In this document: positions 10,320 through 19,657 of the stretch, piece by piece | Layout of the letters: every line of letters starts with the position of its first letter | How positions within the stretch are numbered: position 1 is the stretch's first letter | Origin: Myxococcales bacterium | GTDB taxonomy: Bacteria > Myxococcota_A > UBA9042 | DNA length: 64,000 nt | Direction of reading: 5' to 3' | Assembly (NCBI GenBank): GCA_023954815.1 | Contig: JAGSHB010000002.1 | Location: forward strand, 21,990 to 85,989 | The notes under the pieces: model-generated | Told to the model about the DNA's origin: nothing | The model's database searches: none | What the model saw: the letters and a program-made list of their open reading frames with translations, nothing else | Translations under genes and position numbers: made by a program

Positions 10320-11969
10320 ATGGAGAGCTTCATGCGTCGACTCGTGGCGAGTGTCTTGCTGTTGAACCTGCTATTTGCTGGCCCTGTTATGGCGACGGCG
10401 CCAGCTGCACAGCCCGCTGCTGCGGCAGCCAAAGGCGAGGCAGATTCCAGCAAAAAGGCTGAAAAACCAGCCGATAAGGTCGCAGCCAGTGACGCGGCAA
10501 AGACCGACGGGGACGTCCACGCAGAAAATGCGAAGTCCCTAGAAAAGACGATTGACGGCGCCTTTGGCGGGATTGTCGGTGTGCTCGCGACGGTGATGTT
10601 CTGGGAGATTCCGGGGCTCAAGATGCCCTTCGTGGTCGCTTGGTTAGCCTTTGGCGCGGTGTTTTTCACCCTGCGCATGACCTTCGTGAATATCCGCATG
10701 TTCACCCACGCCATCTCCGTGGTGCGCGGTCGCTTTGATGACCCCAATGAGCCCGGTGAGGTCAGCCACTTTCAGGCCCTGAGTTCAGCGCTGTCGGCCA
10801 CCGTCGGCCTGGGCAATATCGCCGGTGTGGCCGTCGCCGTCATGGCGGGCGGTCCAGGCGCGGTGTTCTGGATGGTCTGTGCCGCGGCCTTCGGCATGAC
10901 CAGCAAGTTCACCGAATGCACCCTCGGCGTGAAATACCGGATCACCGACGCCAACGGCGCGGTCAGTGGCGGTCCCATGCAGTACCTGTCCGCCGGTCTG
11001 CAGGAGCTGGGGCTCGGCCCCATCGGCAAGGTCCTCGCCGGTCTCTTCGCCATCCTGTGCATCGGCGGCAGCTTCGGCGGCGGCAACATGTTTCAGGTCG
11101 GCCAGAGCTACGGTGCCATCAGCGAGGTGCTGCCCTTTGAGCTGAGCAAGTCGGTCTACGGCCTCACCATGGCGGCGCTGGTCGGCGTGGTCATCATCGG
11201 TGGTATCCAGTCCATCGCGCGGGTCGCAGAGAAGATCGTGCCAGCCATGGTCAGCATCTACGTGATCGCGGCGCTGTTTGTGCTCATCAGCCACGCAGGC
11301 GACGTGCCCAGCGCCTTTGGCCGCATCGTCGGCGAGGCCTTCAACCCGAAAGCCGGATTCGGTGGCCTGCTCGGCGTGCTGGTACAGGGTGTTCGGCGGG
11401 CAGCGTTTTCCAATGAGGCAGGTGTCGGCTCGGCGTCGATCGCCCACGCGGCCGCCAAGACCGATGAGCCGGTGCGCGAAGGCATCGTCGCCCTCCTCGA
11501 ACCCTTCATCGACACCATCTTGGTCTGCACCATGACCGGCCTGGTGATCGTCATCACAGGCGTCGCCGAAGATCCCGCCAACGCCCAGCTCGTCGCCGAC
11601 AAATCCGGTGCAGCCCTGACCGCGGTGGCCTTTGGCTCGGTCATCTCGTGGTTTCCCAAGGTGCTCGCCATCTGCGTCTTGCTCTTCGCCTACTCGACGA
11701 TGATCTCGTGGAGCTACTACGGCGAGCGCTGCTTCACCTACCTCTTCGGCGCCAAGAGCTCGCTGACCTACAAGATCATGTTCCTCATCATGGTCTACGT
11801 CGGCGCGGTCAGCTCGATGAGCAACGCGCTCGACTTCTCAGACCTCATGATCCTCGGCATGGCCTTCCCGAATATTATCGGGCTGCTGGCCCTGAGCGGC
11901 AAGGTCAAGAAGGACCTCGACCACTACGTCGCCAAACTCAAGGCGGGCGAGTTCAAGACCTTCAAGTAG
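10320..11969 (+). CDS. Alanine/glycine:cation symporter (AGCS family) with N-terminal signal peptide and low-complexity extension
   Basis: Multi-TM AGCS hallmarks (FWEIPGL, LGNIAGVAVA, FSNEAGVGSASIAHAAAKT). About 70-aa Ala/Lys/Asp-rich N-terminal extension preceded by a hydrophobic signal. Confidence 0.85.
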   Translation: MESFMRRLVASVLLLNLLFAGPVMATAPAAQPAAAAAKGEADSSKKAEKPADKVAASDAAKTDGDVHAENAKSLEKTIDGAFGGIVGVLATVMFWEIPGLKMPFVVAWLAFGAVFFTLRMTFVNIRMFTHAISVVRGRFDDPNEPGEVSHFQALSSALSATVGLGNIAGVAVAVMAGGPGAVFWMVCAAAFGMTSKFTECTLGVKYRITDANGAVSGGPMQYLSAGLQELGLGPIGKVLAGLFAILCIGGSFGGGNMFQVGQSYGAISEVLPFELSKSVYGLTMAALVGVVIIGGIQSIARVAEKIVPAMVSIYVIAALFVLISHAGDVPSAFGRIVGEAFNPKAGFGGLLGVLVQGVRRAAFSNEAGVGSASIAHAAAKTDEPVREGIVALLEPFIDTILVCTMTGLVIVITGVAEDPANAQLVADKSGAALTAVAFGSVISWFPKVLAICVLLFAYSTMISWSYYGERCFTYLFGAKSSLTYKIMFLIMVYVGAVSSMSNALDFSDLMILGMAFPNIIGLLALSGKVKKDLDHYVAKLKAGEFKTFK

Positions 11970-12043
11970 CGCTGAACCCTTGGTTTTTCGGGTTATTTGC
12001 TGAACTACGGCTGTTGTTTCGACCGCCCAGCGCTATCCACTCG

Positions 12044-13219
12044 CTAGCGGCCGATGGTGGCGCCGCGGGGCTGGGTTGCCGCCGCCTGTAGCCAATCCGA
12101 CGACGCCCGGGGCCGCAAGAACGTGCGCACATTCGCCCGCACGTGCTCGACGCTGCTCATGCCCACCAGGGCGCTCGTCACCGCTGAACGGGCAAATTGC
12201 AGCGCGGTATGAGCGGGCAAGCGGGCTTCGTTGCCGGGCAGTACACCGCTCCCATCGGGCAAGGTCCGCGAGGTCGCGAGCTTCTTGGCCAAGCGCCCCT
12301 GATGCAGCGAGCCGCTGGTAAAGCTCACCAAACCGAGCTCGCGGGCAGCCTCCAAGACCGTCAACTCCTCGTCACCGCGCCGGTGCACACGCTGATTTTT
12401 CAGGGTCAGGGCTTCCGGTAGATGCAGACTCAACGGCACCTGGATCGCCTTGAAGCGATGCCCCCTACCTGCGACATCCTCGGCGCACTGCACCAACTCA
12501 GCCAGCGAGAGGTAGTCCTTGTCCTTCTTCGCAGCGCGCAATCCCGGCCAGGTCGCCACGCCATAGACGCGAATCTTGCCCTCATCTGCGGCGGTCTCCA
12601 GGGCGGCAAATGCGCGCCGCACCCGATCCAAGAAGGTCTCGCGATCGACCTCTTGCAGCTGGCTCTCAGGGTTGTGCAAAAAGTAGACGTCGATGGTCTC
12701 TAGGCCCAGGTTTTCAAGGCTTTGGCGCAAAGTCTCCGTGATGTAACGCGGCGCCATACAGTGACAGCCGCAGTTCAACTCGCCTTCATCAGCTAGGCCG
12801 CGATCGATGGTCTGCGCCCGGAACCAAGCGTCGGGGTCCATCGGCGGCATGTCACCGAGGGGCACGAAGCCGGCTTTGGATGCGACCAACACTTCACTGC
12901 GAAAGATCTCGCCCATGTCGATCAGCTGGCGCAACGCCGCGCCCACCGCACGCTCAGAGCGCTGGCAGCGGTAGTTCGACGCCGTGTCGATGACGTTGAT
13001 GCCCTGGCGCACCGCCTCGACGATCGCCTCGATGTAGCGCGCGTCCGTAGTGTCATCGGGCCGGCCCAGATAGGTGCCAATGCCCAGGCTCGATAGGTGC
13101 AGCTGCCCAGCGACCGACGAATAGGCATCAGCCGCCTTGCCGCCCTGGTGGCGTTCAACAAAGCGACGTGTGCCTGCCTCGGTCGCCCAAGGCCGTTTGG
13201 AGATGAGCTCGCTGACCAC
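12044..13219 (-). CDS. Aldo/keto reductase family oxidoreductase
   Basis: AKR motifs (LGIGTYLG, DTASNYR, catalytic K/H/Y spacing). The long ORF reaches a TTG that overlaps the rpe stop. I prefer the GTG at 13219, which has GAGG upstream. Confidence 0.7.
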   Translation of the reverse strand: MVSELISKRPWATEAGTRRFVERHQGGKAADAYSSVAGQLHLSSLGIGTYLGRPDDTTDARYIEAIVEAVRQGINVIDTASNYRCQRSERAVGAALRQLIDMGEIFRSEVLVASKAGFVPLGDMPPMDPDAWFRAQTIDRGLADEGELNCGCHCMAPRYITETLRQSLENLGLETIDVYFLHNPESQLQEVDRETFLDRVRRAFAALETAADEGKIRVYGVATWPGLRAAKKDKDYLSLAELVQCAEDVAGRGHRFKAIQVPLSLHLPEALTLKNQRVHRRGDEELTVLEAARELGLVSFTSGSLHQGRLAKKLATSRTLPDGSGVLPGNEARLPAHTALQFARSAVTSALVGMSSVEHVRANVRTFLRPRASSDWLQAAATQPRGATIGR

Positions 13220-13347
13220 CGGGATTCCTCGTCTGATTTGGGGCGCTGTGCGTGTGGACACGCTGTGTGGACAATAGATGTGGACGCTGCGCTGTGATGG
13301 TGCCTGCCCATCGTCCGAAGTCAACGAAGCAGGGCAACGGGCCTTCG

Positions 13348-14010
13348 TCAACCCGCGGCCATGCGAAGACCTGTGATCGCGCTGGCATAATCATCGGTAC
13401 CGAAGACCGCGCTGCCCGCGACAAACCAATCCACGCCGGCCTGCCTCGCCGCAGCGATGGTGCTCGGTTTGATGCCACCGTCGACCTGGATCTTGAGGTC
13501 GGGATTGTGCGCCTGCCGCCACGCATCGATAGCGCGCACCTTGTCGAGCACCGCAGGGATGAACGACTGACCGCCGAACCCAGGGTTGACGCTCATCACC
13601 AGCACAAAATCGAGCTCAGGCAAGATCGGTTCCAGCAGAGAAAAGGCGGTGTGAGGGTTGAGTGCGACGCCCTTTTCCATGCCTAGCGCGCCGATCCGCT
13701 GCACGGTGCGATGCAGGTGAGCACACGCCTCCAGGTGCACGCTGATCTTTTGCGCGCCCGCCTCGGCGAAATCATCGAGCAGGCTGTCGGGGTCGGTCAC
13801 CATGAGATGACAATCGAGCGCCAGATCGGTGGCCTTCGCCAAGGAGCGAACGATCGGCGGCCCCAAGGTCAGGTTCGGAACGAAGTGGCCGTCCATCACG
13901 TCGATGTGCAAAAAATCAGCGCCAGCGGCCCCAACCGCCGCGGCTTCATCGGCTAATCGCGCAAAATCAGCGGATAGAATCGATGGGCAAATCTCGATCG
14001 CAGAGCTCAT
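13348..14010 (-). CDS. rpe: Ribulose-phosphate 3-epimerase
   Basis: PSILSADF, HIDVMDGHFVPN and VMSVNPGFGGQ motifs. Full-length match to Rpe. Confidence 0.9.
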   Translation of the reverse strand: MSSAIEICPSILSADFARLADEAAAVGAAGADFLHIDVMDGHFVPNLTLGPPIVRSLAKATDLALDCHLMVTDPDSLLDDFAEAGAQKISVHLEACAHLHRTVQRIGALGMEKGVALNPHTAFSLLEPILPELDFVLVMSVNPGFGGQSFIPAVLDKVRAIDAWRQAHNPDLKIQVDGGIKPSTIAAARQAGVDWFVAGSAVFGTDDYASAITGLRMAAG

Positions 14011-14046
14011 CGCTCACCTCCCGGCCCTGTGCGGTGGGCGCAGTTT

Positions 14047-14658
14047 TTACGGATTGGCGGCGTTAGGCGTGGGCTTGTCGAAGGTCTTGGTGATGTCGCT
14101 GCCATCGGGGGTGCGACCCCAGCTCTTGCCCTCTGGAGCGTCCCCGTCTTTCCAGTCAGCCATGTCCTGCAACGCGCCGTCCGCCGAAAACAAGCTCACT
14201 GCCTCAGAAGCGCCCAGGCCCTTTTCGATGGTCGGCGAACCCGCGCCGTCCTTGTTGAAATAGATCACCAAGAAGCCCTTGGCCGGAATGCTGATGCCCG
14301 GCGGCAGTGGGATGGCTTCGGCAAAAGGCTTGCTCTTGCTGTCGATCACGCGCCAGCCGGTCATGTCCACTTTGGCATCGGTGGTGTTGTAGAGCTCGAT
14401 CCAATCTGAGCCGGTGGGGTTGAACTGGCTATCGGGCACGGCTTTGACCACGACCTCGTTGACCACGACGCTCGGGTTGGTAGTCGCACCGGTATCCGAT
14501 CCGCCGCTATCGGAGACCGCGCCATCGGTGGTTGTGCCATCGGTGGTTGTGCCATCGGCGCCATCGACACCGCCAGTCTCTGTGCTGCACCCAGACAGAC
14601 CGAATACGAGAAAAGTCGCGCAGGCACAGGCGGCCAACGATCGGACAAACAAGGACAT
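14047..14658 (-). CDS. Lamin-tail-domain (LTD) lipoprotein
   Basis: ATG at 14658 (MSLFVRS). Lipobox LSGC. Thr/Asp/Gly-rich linker. LTD signature VVNEV..SDWIELYNTTD..GW. Confidence 0.75.
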   Translation of the reverse strand: MSLFVRSLAACACATFLVFGLSGCSTETGGVDGADGTTTDGTTTDGAVSDSGGSDTGATTNPSVVVNEVVVKAVPDSQFNPTGSDWIELYNTTDAKVDMTGWRVIDSKSKPFAEAIPLPPGISIPAKGFLVIYFNKDGAGSPTIEKGLGASEAVSLFSADGALQDMADWKDGDAPEGKSWGRTPDGSDITKTFDKPTPNAANP

Positions 14659-14713
14659 GACGACTCCGAAGGCGGGCTCAGGGGCCCGGCACAAGACCAA
14701 GACTAGACCAAGA

Positions 14714-15478
14714 CTAGGTTTGAGGCGGCGCGGCAGTGGTTGGGGTAGGCGCGTCGGGGTTATCGACGGCGTCGTCCCCAGACTCGGTCTCTTCGTGGTT
14801 GATGAACAGGGAAAAATACTGCCGCGGCAAGACATCGAACTGCAGCGTCTGCACAAAGCCGGCGCCGCGTGTCTCGGCGATGATCGTGTCCAGGCTCAGG
14901 CGCTCCTCAACGGGCGGGCCTTTGATCTGAGCGTCCGGCTTGAAATCGATGATCACCAGACGACCGGTAGGCTTCATCCGCTCACGCATCGCCTGGAGCA
15001 TCTCGACCGGCTGCTCGAGCTCGGGGTAGGTGTTGAGCAGCAACATGCGATCGAACAGCGTCGTCAGCGGCAAATCGCCCGCTTGGCCCACAACAATCGT
15101 CACATTGCGCAGTTTGAGCTTCGAAACACGACGTTTGAGCAGGGCCACCAGCTTCAGATCGGTCTCGACCGCGAGCACCCGGCCCTTGGCGCCAACCGCC
15201 TTGGACAGATACGGCACCATGTAGCCCGCGCCGGCACCGATGTCGGCGACGACCATCCCGGGCAATAGCCCCATCTTTTGCACGATGAGGTCAGGCTTCT
15301 GCCACTTGGCGCGATCGGCTTCAGTCACCGTCTTCAGGCGGGTCACGCTGGGGGTGCGCTTATGGCCGCGACGGCCGCCACAACCGACCAACGTCAAGGA
15401 CAACGCCAGGGTCATCAGCAGCAAAATCGCCGTGATAGGCCGTGCGGTGGAGCGAAATGGGGTGTCCGTGCGGTGCAT
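14714..15478 (-). CDS. Class I SAM-dependent methyltransferase with N-terminal membrane/lipoprotein-like signal
   Basis: ATG at 15478. Hydrophobic segment ending LVGCGG. Motif I VADIGAGAGY, then acidic post-I and motif II/III spacing. Confidence 0.7.
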   Translation of the reverse strand: MHRTDTPFRSTARPITAILLLMTLALSLTLVGCGGRRGHKRTPSVTRLKTVTEADRAKWQKPDLIVQKMGLLPGMVVADIGAGAGYMVPYLSKAVGAKGRVLAVETDLKLVALLKRRVSKLKLRNVTIVVGQAGDLPLTTLFDRMLLLNTYPELEQPVEMLQAMRERMKPTGRLVIIDFKPDAQIKGPPVEERLSLDTIIAETRGAGFVQTLQFDVLPRQYFSLFINHEETESGDDAVDNPDAPTPTTAAPPQT

Positions 15479-15701
15479 GGCCGATCCTCTCTGCATTTCA
15501 GCCGCGGAGCATGCCCGAGGCAGGGGAGATGGGGCAAGCCGCCCGTCCCTGTCGCGCACGCAAACGCGTCAACTTGCACATTGATTCACCCTGGAGACCC
15601 CACTTTTCGATCTGAGATCGACCACAAGGTTGCGCCATCACGCCTGGACTGGCAGAAATCGCCGACGCGACAATGTCTTCGCGGTGATCTGTGAGCCAGC
15701 C

Positions 15702-16514
15702 ATGACCGATAGCCAGCCCAAGCGTCCAAACCCGATTCGCCGGCTCTACGAGTGGGTCCTCGGCTGGGCCGACACGCCTTATGGTGTGCTAGCGATGGTC
15801 CTCGTGAGCTTTGGCGACTCGTCCTGCTTTCCCCTGCCGCCCGATCCGCTGCTGATGGCGCTGGTCTTGGGAAATCGCAAGAAAGCCTGGAAGTTCGCGG
15901 CCTACTGCACCGTGGCTTCCGTCGCTGGCGCGGCCCTGGGGTACGTCATCGGCAGCAGCTTCTGGCACGCGGCGGAGTCGGTCTTCATCCCGACGTTGTT
16001 CAAGTGCCACCACTTCCTCGAGGTGGGTAATCGCTACGCTGACAACGCCTTCTTGGCCGTCTTCACCGCCGCTTTTACGCCGATTCCATTCAAGGTCTTC
16101 ACGATCAGCGCCGGCGTCTACAGCGACTTGGTTGACTTCGGCACGCTCATCGGCGCATCGGTCGTCGGTCGCGGCGCGCGCTTCTTCCTCGTCGCTGGAT
16201 TGTTGTTCTTCTTTGGACCGCCCATGCGTCGCTTCATCGAAAAGCACCTCGAGTGGCTGACCCTGACGTTCACCGTCCTGCTCGTTGGCGGCATCGTGAT
16301 CATCAAGGGGGCGGGACCGCACACCAGCCGGGACGGGCTCTGCGCCCAGGGCAAAGTCCTCTCGAAGACCCACTGCGCCTGTGTGTCCAGTGATGAAAAT
16401 GAGGTTGACCGGCCGTCGCTGCGCGCGCCATCCGCCTCATCGAAGGTCCCGCCAGGAACCACCCTGCCGGAGACGCCAAAAGTAGCGCCGACCCCTAAGC
16501 CCACCGAAAAGTAA
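15702..16514 (+). CDS. YqaA/DedA-like (SNARE-associated/VTT-type) membrane protein with unstructured C-terminal tail
   Basis: ATG at 15702. 4-5 TM helices with conserved FGDS..P.P and FTP.PFK motifs. Ser/Pro/Lys tail. Confidence 0.6.
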   Translation: MTDSQPKRPNPIRRLYEWVLGWADTPYGVLAMVLVSFGDSSCFPLPPDPLLMALVLGNRKKAWKFAAYCTVASVAGAALGYVIGSSFWHAAESVFIPTLFKCHHFLEVGNRYADNAFLAVFTAAFTPIPFKVFTISAGVYSDLVDFGTLIGASVVGRGARFFLVAGLLFFFGPPMRRFIEKHLEWLTLTFTVLLVGGIVIIKGAGPHTSRDGLCAQGKVLSKTHCACVSSDENEVDRPSLRAPSASSKVPPGTTLPETPKVAPTPKPTEK

Positions 16515-16543
16515 CGGCGGCAGCGCGACCTGCGGCGGGCGCC

Positions 16544-18961
16544 TTGACCGACCTACCGGCGGCGCCGACGCTGGGGACCATGAGCGCTGACGCCCTAGCC
16601 CCAAGCCCTAGCCCCTTACAGCTGCCTGCAAAGCCGGCGTTGGCCGTGGCTTTTGTCTACCTGCGCGCCCAAGCCGGTGACGACTTCTTCGCGGACGTGC
16701 CCTTTCTGTGGTCTGCCGGGGAGCTGCGCCAAGACGGCATGCGTGCGGAGGTCTTCGAGGTGCGCTACGAGCGCGACGCGCCCGCCTACAATGCGCTGCT
16801 CGATGACGACCTGATGGCGCGTTTGCAGTCGAACGGCTACGGCTTGGTGGTGCTGCAATCGTGCTGGCGGCCCGGTTTTATCGAGCGATTGCGCGGTTTG
16901 GGCTTGCTAATTTGCGAGACAGCTCCGGCAAGTGTGCGTGAGGGAGAACGGGTCGATTTCGCGATTCGGCACTTCACACGGGACCGCCAACCCTTGCGGC
17001 AGCTGTGCGCGCGCCTGCAGGCCGGAGACGACCTGACCGGCATCGCCAATCTGTCGGTGCGGCAACAGGACAGCATGATGGCCGTGGGTTCTGAACGCCC
17101 CGTACCGCCAACGCCAGCGGCGCGCCTGCCCTTTTGTCCGCTGCCAGAGACGACCCTCATCGGAAAAAAACTCGATCTACGGGGAGAGCAGCCACCCGTC
17201 CGCCGGACCCTCGACACCAACGACGGCTGCCCCTTTGCCAAGGTGGTGGACGACAACCCAGCCTTCGACGGCGTCGACCTGTCTCACGAAGCCGTGACCC
17301 ACGCGGGCTGCAGTTTTTGCTTCATGGGCGGCGACTACAAAGCCCTGCCGTGGCGGGAGACGGTGGAGATTCACCTCGATCAGATCGAGGTCTGGCAACG
17401 CACCGGGCTCGACGAGGTCGTGCTGCGCGATCAGCACGCCATCCGCTATTTGCCCTATCTATTCGAGCGGGCGGCGGAGCGGAAGCTGCCCCCATTTGGC
17501 GTGCTCGTGCCTGGGCGCGGCGATGCGATCTTGCGCTACGGTGAGACCCTGAAGGCTGCGGCGGAGGCGGCGTCCCAGACAGCTGGCATGTGGTTTTCGC
17601 TCTATCTCATCGGCTTTGAATCGTTCAGCGAAGCGCAGCTGCAGCGGTTCAATAAGGGCGTCGTGCCAGAGCAATATGGCAAAGCGCTGCAGGAGCTGCG
17701 GGCCTTGCACAGCGCCCATCCAGACGCGTTTCGGCTGTACGCCTACGGCTCGAGCTCGTTTATTTTGTGGGAGCCGTGGGCGACCTTGGACGACCTGCGG
17801 GCCAACGTGCGCTTCATCGATGAACACGCGGTCATGCGCCTGTCGAGCGGCTTTGCCAGCACCCGACTGCGGCTCTATCCGAATCTACCGCTGTATTGGA
17901 AAGCGAAGGCCGACGGACTCTTGACCACAGGGCCGGCAGCTGACGATCGCGGCGCGGCGCAGACCGGCTATGCGGCCGAGGCGGGCTGGCGATACGCAGA
18001 TGGGCGCGTCGCGGCGGTGGAGGAGTTGGTCAGACGCCTGCTGCAGCACACCCGCCCGACCGCAGGCGTGGACGTGGTGGGTGCGGCGACCGCCTGGGCG
18101 ACGGCGCGATGGCCAGCTGCGTTGCCCCCACAAGATGCGGCAGCGCTGGCTGAGACCGCGTCAGCGCTCGCAGCAGCTGTGACTGAGGCCGCGGACGGAT
18201 GGCGTGTCTTGCGGCAGCGCTGGCGGCCGAATCAGTCAAAGGCGCGGCCGCCGGAGGCGACCGGTTCGTGGCAAGCGCAGGCCGACGCCCGGCAACAACA
18301 GCGGCGGCGGCGGGCGAAGGGGACGGCGGATCGAGCCGAGCGCGTGCTGCGCCTCGGCGCGGCCTGCAATAACCAGTGTCGCACGTGCATCGGCCACCGC
18401 GATCACTTCGAGACGGACTCGCAGCGCATGCAGCATTTGGCCCGGAAATCCGGTGAAAAAGGCGAGCGCGTGACGTTTGCGGGCCGAGAGCCGACGCTCC
18501 TCCGGGGGCTGCTCCCGCTCATCAGAGAGGCCATCGAAGCCGGCGCGAACGGAGCGGAGCTGGTGACCAATGGCCGCGCCCTATCGGTGCCCAAGGCGGC
18601 CCGGCGGCTGGCCAGAGCGGGCGTCTCGAGCCTCATCATCAAGCGCCACCGCGCGGCGGACGCCGACGAGGATGCCTACGTGCAGGCACCCGGCGCGGCA
18701 GAGCAGGCGACGGCAGGCATGGCGGCGGCCAAGGAGGCGGGGATCGCGTTTCGGGTGCTGCTCATCCCCACAACCGAAGCCCCGCAAGAACTCAGCGAGA
18801 TGGTGCGCTGGGCCCATAAGCAGGGCGCCCGCGGCGTCCAGGTGGAGGTTCGCATCGCGGAGGTCGCGCTCGGTGCCTGCGCCCAGTGGGCAGCGGCTAT
18901 CGATGAGGCAGTCAGCGTCGCTGCAGCTCTCGGGCTGGAGCTGACGGTGGCGGGCGACTAG
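16544..18961 (+). CDS. Large radical-SAM-like protein (805 aa): degenerate B12-rSAM-like module plus C-terminal canonical radical SAM domain
   Basis: C-terminal CNNQCRTC (Cx3Cx2C) followed by a glycine-rich SAM region. N-terminal about 550 aa Rossmann-like plus TIM-barrel-like module carrying only GCSFCF. Confidence 0.55.
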   Translation: MTDLPAAPTLGTMSADALAPSPSPLQLPAKPALAVAFVYLRAQAGDDFFADVPFLWSAGELRQDGMRAEVFEVRYERDAPAYNALLDDDLMARLQSNGYGLVVLQSCWRPGFIERLRGLGLLICETAPASVREGERVDFAIRHFTRDRQPLRQLCARLQAGDDLTGIANLSVRQQDSMMAVGSERPVPPTPAARLPFCPLPETTLIGKKLDLRGEQPPVRRTLDTNDGCPFAKVVDDNPAFDGVDLSHEAVTHAGCSFCFMGGDYKALPWRETVEIHLDQIEVWQRTGLDEVVLRDQHAIRYLPYLFERAAERKLPPFGVLVPGRGDAILRYGETLKAAAEAASQTAGMWFSLYLIGFESFSEAQLQRFNKGVVPEQYGKALQELRALHSAHPDAFRLYAYGSSSFILWEPWATLDDLRANVRFIDEHAVMRLSSGFASTRLRLYPNLPLYWKAKADGLLTTGPAADDRGAAQTGYAAEAGWRYADGRVAAVEELVRRLLQHTRPTAGVDVVGAATAWATARWPAALPPQDAAALAETASALAAAVTEAADGWRVLRQRWRPNQSKARPPEATGSWQAQADARQQQRRRRAKGTADRAERVLRLGAACNNQCRTCIGHRDHFETDSQRMQHLARKSGEKGERVTFAGREPTLLRGLLPLIREAIEAGANGAELVTNGRALSVPKAARRLARAGVSSLIIKRHRAADADEDAYVQAPGAAEQATAGMAAAKEAGIAFRVLLIPTTEAPQELSEMVRWAHKQGARGVQVEVRIAEVALGACAQWAAAIDEAVSVAAALGLELTVAGD

Positions 18962-19030
18962 TACTGCCAGTGGAGCCAGTGCAACCCTGCGCAGCCAGTA
19001 GAGCCAGTACAGCCAGTGCAATCGGTACAG

Positions 19031-19570
19031 CTACGCGGCATTTTTGGCGGCACGAGAGGCCTGGAGCCAGCCCCAAGCCAGCAGTACGACCCCCACAACC
19101 AGCCAGGCATCCGCGATATTGAAGGTCGGCCAGCTGCCGCCCCAGGGGTAGTTCACTTTCACAAAATCGACCACGCCGGTGCCGCCGCCTGGCGCCTGGC
19201 GCATGACGCGATCGTAGCCATTGCCGACAGCGCCCGCCGCTAAAAGGCCGAAAGCACCGGCTTCGAGCTGTGTCGTTGGGTTTGTCCACACGGTCCACGC
19301 GAGGCCAACCACCACAGCCAGGGCGCCAATGCCCAAGATCAGCCGCATGGACTCTCCGAGATCAAAGACTGCACTGAACGCCGTGCCGCGGTTGTAGCTC
19401 AAGGCCATCTCCAACCAGGGCTCTGCGACCATGATCGCTTGGTTGGGCAAGTCGGTCAGGGCGTCGACGGCCCAGGCCTTGCTGCCCAGATCCAGCACAG
19501 CGCCCACGACAGTCAGCGCGGCGAACCAGATGAAGGCTTGGCGAGAGGGCGACTCGGAAGCGTCTGACAT
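19031..19570 (-). CDS. lspA: Lipoprotein signal peptidase II
   Basis: ATG at 19570. 4 TM helices. LspA motifs (SYNRGTAF, FNIAD). Confidence 0.85.
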   Translation of the reverse strand: MSDASESPSRQAFIWFAALTVVGAVLDLGSKAWAVDALTDLPNQAIMVAEPWLEMALSYNRGTAFSAVFDLGESMRLILGIGALAVVVGLAWTVWTNPTTQLEAGAFGLLAAGAVGNGYDRVMRQAPGGGTGVVDFVKVNYPWGGSWPTFNIADAWLVVGVVLLAWGWLQASRAAKNAA

Positions 19571-19657
19571 GATACCTGTCCTCTGCGCAGGATGCGCGTG
19601 ATAGCCGCCCAGGCCGGCGGGCGCCGCAGTGTGGCGCGACACTGCCGAGGAGGCAAC

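Noticed and set aside
13220-13351. TTG-initiated 44-aa N-terminal extension of the aldo/keto reductase overlapping the rpe stop
   Set aside because: The extension is Pro/Ser/Arg-rich with no AKR homology. A GTG with GAGG spacing at 13219 gives a conventional N-terminus. It is kept only as an alternative start.
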